From NCBI GenBank assembly GCA_038234855.1, contig JBBQSR010000001.1:1-37299 (forward strand): 37,299 bases of DNA, given 5' to 3'. The position numbers and the translations under genes were made by a program. This document shows positions 1 through 6,924 of this stretch, piece after piece. The first letter of the stretch is position 1. Each line of letters opens with the position of its first letter. The notes beneath the pieces are model-generated. The model was not told the origin of the DNA and did not search any database. It saw only the letters and a program-made list of their open reading frames with translations. This stretch comes from Ktedonobacterales bacterium. GTDB lineage: Bacteria > Chloroflexota > Ktedonobacteria > Ktedonobacterales > JACDGC01.

Positions 1-1
1 C

Positions 2-445
2 CTCTCGGGCGACGCGACCCCCGCCGAGCGATGGCACCCGATCCGCCCCGAGGTCGATGCGACGCTTTTCACGGGCGTCACGCTGCCCACATCCCTGCCC
101 GACTGGCTGCCCGAGGCGGATGTCGCGCACCTCGTCGGCGAATTCACGCGGACGGGGTTTCGCGGCGGGCTGAACTGGTATCGCAACATCGACCGTAACT
201 GGGAACTGCTGGCGGCGTATAGCCAAGCGCCGATCGTGCCGCCGACGCTCTTCATCTGGGGCGACCGCGATCCGCTCTTCGAGATCCCCGCCGTGCGTGC
301 CCAGGTCGCGCACCTGGGCGACGCCGTCCCCCGGCTGCAAACGGTGCGGCTGGCGGGCTGTGGCCATTGGGTGCCGCAAGAGCGCGGCCCCGCGACGAAT
401 GCTGCACTGCTCGCTTTCCTGGCGCAAGATGGCTCCCCGGCCTGA
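2..445 (+). CDS. alpha/beta-hydrolase fold protein, epoxide-hydrolase-like; C-terminal part, 5' end lies outside the window
   Basis: Frame 2 is open from the window edge to TGA 443-445. The translation contains GFRGGLNWYRNIDRNWE (cap-domain NWYRN motif of epoxide-hydrolase-type enzymes), LFIWGDRDPLF and GCGHWVPQE (catalytic His region). Confidence 0.75.
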   Translation, partial: LSGDATPAERWHPIRPEVDATLFTGVTLPTSLPDWLPEADVAHLVGEFTRTGFRGGLNWYRNIDRNWELLAAYSQAPIVPPTLFIWGDRDPLFEIPAVRAQVAHLGDAVPRLQTVRLAGCGHWVPQERGPATNAALLAFLAQDGSPA

Positions 446-646
446 AGGATGCGCCATGCTTGTGGCGGCTGTGCGCCCACCGTCGCGCCCGCGCGCATCG
501 GTCGCTTGTATGATCCGCCCTCCCCTTCGGATACAATGCTTCGTGTGACTGGCTACACACGTTCATTCGTTCTCGTCAGCAGCGAGCGCCAATCGCGGTC
601 GGTTTTCGGGGGCGCAGGGTGCGCCGTGAAAGGAAGGGAACTCAGC

Positions 647-1924
647 ATGGCCGAGCCATCCGCCACCACGACCGCTACGGTGGCTGCCCCAGGGGCAACC
701 GCCACGGACAGTCGTTGGCCCTCGACGCAGGTGACGTTGCCCATCGTGGCGATCTTGGGGTACACCGCGTTTTTCATCAGCGGCTTTGGGGTGGTTCTCA
801 GAGATTCGAACACCCAGGCGCTGCCCATCTACATTTTCCTGGGACTTTTATTGCTGGCGTTGCAGACGATCATCTCCGAGACGCGCACGGCGTCGCGCTT
901 CCTCTATGTCTTCCTCACCAGCGGGTTCGCGCTGGTTTATGCCGCTGAGGTCTATTTCAATCGCGTCGATAACTTCGCGCGGGCCTCGTGGTTCTACTTC
1001 ACCATCAATGTGTTGCTCGTGATCGTCTTCATCTATGACGCGGTGGCGCGGCGCTTGCCGAGGCAGCAGCACATCAATGGCGAGCCGATGAGCGCACGGC
1101 AGATGCAGATCGCGCCTTTCTCCTTCGCCTCGTTCGCGACGGATTTCGCCGGGCTGGCGGTGCTCTTTTACACCACGTATGGCTTGCTGAACCTGATCGC
1201 CTCCATTCCCATCGGGCAAGATGGCAACCCCATCGTCATCACCATCAAGCCGCCCATAGGCAGCGTGTCGTCACTGGCACAGCTTGACCTGGTGGGAGGC
1301 TTCAGCGCGTCGGCGGTGGCGCTGCTGCTGACGGGCATCGTGGGCGTGCTGGCAGTGGCCGGGCAAAACAACGTGCGCGCTTTCGTGGGCGACGCAGGCA
1401 AGATCGCGGCGGTCGCGGCGAATCAGGTATTGCTGTCGCTGCGCCTGGTGCTGGGGCCGCTGGTGTGGCTCATTCCGTCCTTCGCGCTGGCGAGCTTCTC
1501 GGAGCGCTTCGTGCAGTACCTCAACAACAACGCGGCGGTGCGGAACACGAGCATCGGCGATCTCTTCAATCCCTTTACCCCGGTGGCGGTGCAGCACTAT
1601 CCGCAAGCGTTCGCGAATGTCGGGCTGCTGCTGTTGGCGGCGGCGGCGGTGATGCTGGCGGTGGCGGTGGTCGAGCACAACGGGGCCATCATCCAACGCA
1701 CGCTGCGCTTGCTCGGGGTCGCGGGCATCACGGTGTCGGTGGTGCTGTTCCTCTTCATCTTTAGCTTGGCGGCGGTGAATGCCGTGCTGTTGGTCTTCAA
1801 TCCCGACGCGCGAGCACCGTTCCAGGTGGGGGGCGACACCCTTCTCGCGTTGGGTGCCGCGATTGTCGTTTTCGCGTATACCGCCATCACGGGACGTGGG
1901 CAACAACCGACCACGACAGCCTAA
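647..1924 (+). CDS. hypothetical polytopic membrane protein
   Basis: ATG 647 lies 8 nt after AGGAAGGG (631-638). The 425-aa product is dominated by long hydrophobic segments, and I recognise no family motif. The 449-646 extension in the ORF track is Arg/Cys-rich and lacks an RBS. Confidence 0.7.
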   Translation: MAEPSATTTATVAAPGATATDSRWPSTQVTLPIVAILGYTAFFISGFGVVLRDSNTQALPIYIFLGLLLLALQTIISETRTASRFLYVFLTSGFALVYAAEVYFNRVDNFARASWFYFTINVLLVIVFIYDAVARRLPRQQHINGEPMSARQMQIAPFSFASFATDFAGLAVLFYTTYGLLNLIASIPIGQDGNPIVITIKPPIGSVSSLAQLDLVGGFSASAVALLLTGIVGVLAVAGQNNVRAFVGDAGKIAAVAANQVLLSLRLVLGPLVWLIPSFALASFSERFVQYLNNNAAVRNTSIGDLFNPFTPVAVQHYPQAFANVGLLLLAAAAVMLAVAVVEHNGAIIQRTLRLLGVAGITVSVVLFLFIFSLAAVNAVLLVFNPDARAPFQVGGDTLLALGAAIVVFAYTAITGRGQQPTTTA

Positions 1925-1955
1925 CGGGCATCGTTCACGAGCCATGCCTTCCTCG

Positions 1956-1985
1956 CCACACTTCCCTGCCACAAGGGAAGTGTGG
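1956..1985 (+). terminator. hairpin downstream of the membrane-protein gene
   Basis: Perfect 11-bp stem CCACACTTCCC / GGGAAGTGTGG with an 8-nt loop, 32 nt after the stop, followed by TATCATTTGC (weak T tract). Confidence 0.55.
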
Positions 1986-2006
1986 TATCATTTGCTCCCC
2001 GTTGTA

Positions 2007-2015
2007 TGCTATGAT
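2007..2015 (+). promoter_or_regulatory. extended -10 promoter element TGCTATGAT
   Basis: TGnTAnnAT motif about 84 nt upstream of ATG 2099. The identical 9-mer recurs at 3580-3588. Confidence 0.4.
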
Positions 2016-2098
2016 GTCCCCCAATGTAGGGACGCCGCACCTGTTGCCAACCGTGCACTGACGCGTCTCAGGCCATCACCGTTGAGAGGGCGCTAACC

Positions 2099-3466
2099 AT
2101 GGAGTTCAACCCCGAAGTCATTGGTGATATCGCCATTCCGCCAAGCGACGCCAGCACACCCGCGCCAGAGGCCCCGCTCGCCGAGCCAGCGCCGCTCACC
2201 ACGCGCCAATCGCTCGTCTATTCGAGCGGCAACGCTGGGAGCGGCGTCTTTTCGGCGCTCAACCTCTATGCCCTGCCGTTGTTCCTCGCCTCGCTCCACT
2301 TCCCGACCGTGCTCATCAACCTCCTCAGCAGCACGCACTCATTCGAAGGCACGCTCATTCAGCCGCTGGTGGGCACGTGGAGCGACCGCACCTGGCATGA
2401 TCGCCTGGGTCGTCGCCGCATCTTCATCGTCCGCTTCTTGCCTATCTCGGTGGCGTTGCTGGCCCTGACGCCGTTCATCCAGCCCTTCGCGGGGCTGCTG
2501 CCGGGCGTTCCGCTGCTGGCCGTCCAGATCGCGGTTTTTGCCTGTGTCTTTTTGTTTTCTGTGACCTTCAATGTCATGTACGATCCCTATAACGCGCTTC
2601 TGGCCGACATCACACCGCAGCGCCAACGCGGCAGCCTGAATAGCATTTTCCAGGCGATTGGTGCCGCAGGGCAGGTCATCTTTTTGCTCTTGGGCATCGC
2701 GCTGGGGATCGTTGGGGTGGGGGCCGAGCCGCTCTTCATCGGTGCGGCGGTCATCATCGCGCTGGTCTTCATTCCGTCGGTGATGGGCATCCGCGAGCCG
2801 CGCAACCTGCCGGGCCTCAAGGCATCGCACCGCTATCGACTGCGTGACTATTGGCAGAGCCTCAGCGGCGATCCGCAGGTGGCGTTTTACTACGCGACGC
2901 AATTGCTGCTGTGGCTGGGCATCAACGCCATCAGCATCAACCTGACGCGGTTCGCGCAGCAGGTCTTGGGGCTGCCAGATGCGCTCACCTTGGTCTTGCC
3001 GCTGGTCTTGCTGATCAGCACCTCGCTCACCTATCTGCCGCTCATCCGGGTGGTGAACCGCGTCAACCTCAAGATGCTCTTTCTGGGCGGCGTCATCTTG
3101 ATGGCCGGGGCCTCGGTGGCGGCGATCTTTACCCAGTCGGTCGTGCTCATCTGCGTCATCTTGGCGGTCGCTGGGGTGGGCAATGCCGCCCAGACCGTCG
3201 CGTCTTTTCCCCTGCTGACGCGTGTCGCCTACCCCGACCAAATGGGCTTATATACGGGACTCAACACGGCCACGACCTCGATTTCCGCGCCGCTCTCGGC
3301 GGTCGTGTCGGGGGTCATCATCGACCGGTTCCACTTCACCGCGCTCTTTCCCCTGCTGGCGGTGATGTTCTTGCTGGCGCTCATCCCCCTCATCTTCCTC
3401 AATGTCGAGAAGTCGCACGCCGCGCAACTGCTGCGTCAGGGCGCGGTCACAACGGCGGGGAGCTGA
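2099..3466 (+). CDS. MFS transporter, GPH/SLC45-like (MFS_2) sugar:cation symporter type
   Basis: 455 aa with about 12 hydrophobic helices. The loop motif GTWSDRTWHDRLGRRRIFI after TM2 is typical of glycoside-pentoside-hexuronide / SLC45-like MFS proteins. Confidence 0.85.
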   Translation: MEFNPEVIGDIAIPPSDASTPAPEAPLAEPAPLTTRQSLVYSSGNAGSGVFSALNLYALPLFLASLHFPTVLINLLSSTHSFEGTLIQPLVGTWSDRTWHDRLGRRRIFIVRFLPISVALLALTPFIQPFAGLLPGVPLLAVQIAVFACVFLFSVTFNVMYDPYNALLADITPQRQRGSLNSIFQAIGAAGQVIFLLLGIALGIVGVGAEPLFIGAAVIIALVFIPSVMGIREPRNLPGLKASHRYRLRDYWQSLSGDPQVAFYYATQLLLWLGINAISINLTRFAQQVLGLPDALTLVLPLVLLISTSLTYLPLIRVVNRVNLKMLFLGGVILMAGASVAAIFTQSVVLICVILAVAGVGNAAQTVASFPLLTRVAYPDQMGLYTGLNTATTSISAPLSAVVSGVIIDRFHFTALFPLLAVMFLLALIPLIFLNVEKSHAAQLLRQGAVTTAGS

Positions 3467-3492
3467 TGCACGCGCCTGGACGAAGTTAATAG

Positions 3493-3534
3493 CCCTGTAT
3501 GGAATGGGGTTCCGGAACCCCATTCCATACAGGG
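3493..3534 (+). terminator. perfect 42-nt palindrome (21-bp arms) after the MFS gene
   Basis: CCCTGTATGGAATGGGGTTCC / GGAACCCCATTCCATACAGGG, 27 nt after the stop. There is no T tract, so it may be a terminator or a protein-binding site. Confidence 0.5.
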
Positions 3535-3579
3535 CTTCCTAAGGAGCGGTTGAGGCCGATGCGGTCTTTCACGCGTTTA

Positions 3580-3588
3580 TGCTATGAT
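3580..3588 (+). promoter_or_regulatory. extended -10 promoter element TGCTATGAT
   Basis: Same 9-mer as at 2007-2015, about 54 nt upstream of ATG 3642. Confidence 0.4.
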
Positions 3589-3641
3589 TTACGGAAAAGC
3601 CAGCCACAATGCCATGCCCTATCGCTGAAATGAGGAGCACC

Positions 3642-3893
3642 ATGAGCCAGATCTTGCATATCTCTGAGGATGCCTATCGCATCTTAGAATCGCTCGCAGC
3701 GCGCGAGGGGCACACCCCCGCCGAGATCGTCGAATCCTGGGCGGTGGCGCATGCCCCGCGCGATCCCCAGACGCAGCCGCGCTATTACACCACCGATGAG
3801 TGGTTTCGGCACCTGGGCGTCAGTGAAGAGCGTATCGCGGCATCTAAGCAACGAGCCGCCAAAGTCGCTGAGGATAACAATGCCGACGCATGA
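3642..3893 (+). CDS. putative type II antitoxin (small acidic protein)
   Basis: 83-aa ORF with GAGGAG just upstream. Its stop overlaps the start of a RelE/ParE-like gene by 14 nt. In-frame starts at 3609 and 3630 are also possible. Confidence 0.6.
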   Translation: MSQILHISEDAYRILESLAAREGHTPAEIVESWAVAHAPRDPQTQPRYYTTDEWFRHLGVSEERIAASKQRAAKVAEDNNADA

Positions 3894-4173
3894 CGAAGAA
3901 GACACCTTTTGGCGTGATTGGGATCGTCTTTCCGAGGAGCGTCAAGATACGTTCCTGGACGCCACGCGAAAAATGGTCGAGGATATCAAGGCTGGGCGGG
4001 GCTTTCGCAAGGGGTTGCGCGTCAAGGGCGTGCAGGGGCACGCGGGCATCTATGAGATGACGTGGGCACCGGATGGCCGAGCGACATTCACCTCTGGCAC
4101 GTCGCCCGTTGCTGGCGAGACGCACATCGTTTGGCGGCACATCGGCGATCACGACATCCTGAAAAATCCGTAG
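3880..4173 (+). CDS. RelE/ParE-superfamily type II toxin
   Basis: 97 aa. The C-terminal pattern GIYEMTWAPDGRATF...IVWRHIGDHDILKNP is the W-x-x-IG-x-H-D/E signature of RelE/ParE-like toxins. ATG 3880 overlaps the upstream small ORF. Confidence 0.7.
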   Translation: MPTHDEEDTFWRDWDRLSEERQDTFLDATRKMVEDIKAGRGFRKGLRVKGVQGHAGIYEMTWAPDGRATFTSGTSPVAGETHIVWRHIGDHDILKNP

Positions 4174-4238
4174 GGGCTAGCCATTTGTCCAGGCGCATCA
4201 CTAGGCGGATTGGTGATGTAGGGGGGCGGGGCGCTGCG

Positions 4239-4282
4239 GCATACTATGAACAGTGACGCGAAGATATCGCGCAGTAGTATGC
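4239..4282 (+). promoter_or_regulatory. nested palindrome overlapping a -10-like TACTAT, upstream of the protease operon
   Basis: Outer arms GCATACTA (4239-4246) / TAGTATGC (4275-4282). Inner arms CGCGA (4257-4261) / TCGCG (4267-4271). Lies 26 nt upstream of ATG 4308. Confidence 0.4.
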
Positions 4283-4307
4283 AGAACCAATAAAGGGAGC
4301 AACCCCC

Positions 4308-5222
4308 ATGACGACCCCAACTCAGGCCAACACCTCGTTGACCAATTTCTCAGATGCCCTGGCAGGCGCGGTGGAAACCGCCGCCCAGGCCGTCGTGAGC
4401 GTGAATGCGCGTCAGCGCCTTTCCTCCACCGGCGTGCTGTGGCGCGCGGGCATCGTCGTCGCCGCCGACCACACCATCGAGCGCGAAGATGACCTGACCG
4501 TGACCCTGCCCGACGGCACCACCAGCACCGCGACCCTCGTCGGGCGCGACCCCAGCACCGACCTCGCCGTGCTGCGCATCGACAACACGACAGCGGCCCC
4601 CGCGCAGATCGGTGACACCAGCACCGTGAAGGTCGGCCACTACGTCATCGCCCTTGGTCGCGCGGGCGGCACGCTCAGCGCCAGCGGCGGCGTCGTCAGC
4701 GCCATCGGCAATGGGCGCACCGGCAGCGGCGCGCAGATCGACCATTTGCTGCGCCCAGACCTGACCATGTACCCCGGTTTCTCGGGCGGGCCATTGGTCG
4801 ACGCGCAGGGCCAGGTGGTCGGCATCACCACGTCGCATCTGTCGCGGGCGGGCGCGGTGGCCATCCCCACGGCGACCGTGAACACGGTGGTAGACCAGTT
4901 GACGACGCGCGGCAAGATCGCTCGTGGCTACCTGGGCGTCAGCATGCAGCCGGTGCGCATCCCCGATGCCATCAAAACGGCGCTCAACCTCACCACGAAT
5001 GGCGGCTTGATCGTCATCGCGGTGGAGACGGGTTCGCCCGCCGAGCAGGGTGGGTTGCTGATCGGTGATATCCTGATCAGCATCGAGGGCGCGTCCCTCA
5101 GTGACACCAGCGATGTGCAGTCGCTGCTCGGTCCCGACAAGGTCGGCAAGCCTGTCGCCATCCGTGTGGTGCGCGGCGGTGCCGATGCCACAGTCAACGT
5201 GATCGTGGGCGAGCGGCCCTAA
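4308..5222 (+). CDS. S1C (HtrA/DegP-like) trypsin-type serine protease with C-terminal PDZ domain; no signal peptide
   Basis: Catalytic triad contexts AADHTI (His), DLAVLRI (Asp) and GFSGGPLVD (Ser). PDZ-like GLLIGDILISIEG. RBS AAAGGGAG lies before the ATG. The N-terminus is hydrophilic. Confidence 0.9.
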   Translation: MTTPTQANTSLTNFSDALAGAVETAAQAVVSVNARQRLSSTGVLWRAGIVVAADHTIEREDDLTVTLPDGTTSTATLVGRDPSTDLAVLRIDNTTAAPAQIGDTSTVKVGHYVIALGRAGGTLSASGGVVSAIGNGRTGSGAQIDHLLRPDLTMYPGFSGGPLVDAQGQVVGITTSHLSRAGAVAIPTATVNTVVDQLTTRGKIARGYLGVSMQPVRIPDAIKTALNLTTNGGLIVIAVETGSPAEQGGLLIGDILISIEGASLSDTSDVQSLLGPDKVGKPVAIRVVRGGADATVNVIVGERP

Positions 5223-5245
5223 CTCTTCACGAAGATTTTGGACAC

Positions 5246-5294
5246 GAAGGACACGAAATCCCGCGAAAGACGCGTATCGGAGGACGTGTCCTTC
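5246..5294 (+). promoter_or_regulatory. intergenic hairpin carrying GGACACG repeats between the two protease genes
   Basis: 10-bp perfect arms GAAGGACACG (5246-5255) / CGTGTCCTTC (5285-5294), with an inner CGCG-AAAGA-CGCG hairpin. A direct GGACACGAA GGACACGAA repeat sits at 5240-5257. Confidence 0.4.
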
Positions 5295-5338
5295 ATCGCC
5301 CCGCTTGATTTTTGCAAGCAGGAGATAGACAAACCTAT

Positions 5339-6223
5339 ATGATTGCGACAAAAGCAGTGATTTCAACGACCCTCGGGGCCGACCTCGCGGAGGCGACCGA
5401 GGCGGTGCAGCGATCCACCGTGCAGGTGCGCGGGCGCGGGCCGGGCGGCGGCTCGGGCGTCATCTGGAGCGCGGATGGCCTCATCATCACCAATGCCCAC
5501 GTGGCGCATTGGCAGCACGGCGACGTCGAGCTGTGGGATGGCCGCGTCTTCCCCGCCGAGGTGATCGCCCGCGATGACGAGCGCGACCTCGCCGCGCTGC
5601 GCATCAAGGCGACGGATTTGCCCGCCGCGCCCATCGGCGATTCAGATGCCCTGCGCGTCGGCGAATTGGTGATGGCGGTGGGCAATCCGCTCGGCATCAT
5701 CGGCGCGCTGACGGTGGGGATGGTGCATGCCGCCCCGACCGGCCAGGCGCTGCGTGGCCGCAACTGGGTCCAGGCTGATGTGCATCTGGCCCCCGGCAAC
5801 TCGGGCGGTCCCCTGACCGATGCCCGTGGCCGCGTCATCGGCATCAATAGCATGATCGCGGGCGGGCTGGCCCTGGCCGTGCCCAGCAACGCGGTGCAAG
5901 CCTTCCTCAGTCGCCCGGCGGCATCGGAGCGCCCCATGTTGGGCGTGGCGCTGCAACCGGTCGATCTGGGTGCGGGCCGTCGGGGCATGCTGATCTTCGC
6001 GGTCGTGCCCGAGAGCGCGGCGGAGGCGGCAGGCCTCATCATCGGCGACATCTTGACGGGCGTCGATGGTCGCCCCTTCGCGGGGCCTGAGGACTTCGCT
6101 GCGGCACTGAATGCCGCCCGCGATGGCGCGCCCCTGCCGCTGGATGTGCTGCGCGGTGGTAAGCCCCAGCGCGTCACCGTCACCATCACCCAGGCGTCAG
6201 CGCCTGCCACGGTGGCCGCGTGA
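5339..6223 (+). CDS. S1C (HtrA/DegP-like) serine protease with PDZ domain; paralogue of 4308-5222, no signal peptide
   Basis: Triad contexts TNAHVA, DLAALRI and GNSGGPLTD. PDZ-like GLIIGDILTGVDG. ATG 5339 has AGGAGA 13-14 nt upstream; the track start at 5312 is a TTG without an RBS. Confidence 0.9.
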   Translation: MIATKAVISTTLGADLAEATEAVQRSTVQVRGRGPGGGSGVIWSADGLIITNAHVAHWQHGDVELWDGRVFPAEVIARDDERDLAALRIKATDLPAAPIGDSDALRVGELVMAVGNPLGIIGALTVGMVHAAPTGQALRGRNWVQADVHLAPGNSGGPLTDARGRVIGINSMIAGGLALAVPSNAVQAFLSRPAASERPMLGVALQPVDLGAGRRGMLIFAVVPESAAEAAGLIIGDILTGVDGRPFAGPEDFAAALNAARDGAPLPLDVLRGGKPQRVTVTITQASAPATVAA

Positions 6224-6864
6224 TTCGCGTGCTGGTCGCCGCCGCGCAAGACGTGGTACGCGCCGGATTGGAAGCCCTGGTGGCTTCCGATCCGGCTCTC
6301 GCCATTGTCGGCAGATCGCGGGCCGGGGCGGCGCTGATCCGCGACATCACCGATGCCGCGCCAGATGTCGTGCTGCTGGAACTGGGCTGGCAGGGCGGCG
6401 AGGTCGACTGGGCCGCGCTGCCGCATGACGACCTGACGCACATCCCCGCGCTGGTCGTCCTCAGCGACGACGCCCAGGGCACGTGGGTCGGCCAAGCCCT
6501 CCGCGCGGGGGTGCATGCCGTGCTGCCCCGCGACGCCACAGCGCACGAGATCCTCACCGCCATGCAGGCGGCATCATCGGGCCTCGTCGTGCTGCCTGCC
6601 CTCACCATCTCGGCGCTCTTGGCGGCGCAGCCCGTCCCCGCGCGCACCGCCACCACCAGCACCGGCCAGACGCTGACGGCCCGCGAGATCGAGGTGCTGC
6701 GCATGCTGGCCGAGGGCCTGGGCAATAAGATGATCGCCCGCGATCTCGGCATTTCCGACCACACCGTCAAATTCCACGTCGGCTCTATCCTCACCAAGCT
6801 CGGGGCTGCCAGCCGCACCGAGGCGGTGACGCTGGGCGCGCGCCAGGGGTTGATCTCGCTGTAA
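6220..6864 (+). CDS. NarL/LuxR-family response-regulator-like transcription factor with degenerate (pseudo-)receiver domain
   Basis: C-terminal LuxR HTH: LTAREIEVLRMLAEGLGNKMIARDLGISDHTVKFHVGSILTKLG. The N-terminal receiver fold has VAAAQD in place of the DD pocket and VVLLELGW in place of the phospho-acceptor Asp. GTG start overlaps the protease stop (GTGA). Confidence 0.9.
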   Translation: MIRVLVAAAQDVVRAGLEALVASDPALAIVGRSRAGAALIRDITDAAPDVVLLELGWQGGEVDWAALPHDDLTHIPALVVLSDDAQGTWVGQALRAGVHAVLPRDATAHEILTAMQAASSGLVVLPALTISALLAAQPVPARTATTSTGQTLTAREIEVLRMLAEGLGNKMIARDLGISDHTVKFHVGSILTKLGAASRTEAVTLGARQGLISL

Positions 6865-6871
6865 GCGACGA

Positions 6872-6917
6872 AACGCCGCAGCATTGGGTGGCTGAAACCA
6901 CCGGATGCTGCGGCGTT
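6872..6917. terminator. bidirectional terminator hairpin between convergent genes
   Basis: 13-bp perfect arms AACGCCGCAGCAT / ATGCTGCGGCGTT, extended by GGTGG/CCACC. Flanked by an A-rich 5' side and TT on the 3' side. Confidence 0.75.
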
Positions 6918-6924
6918 CGGCGGC

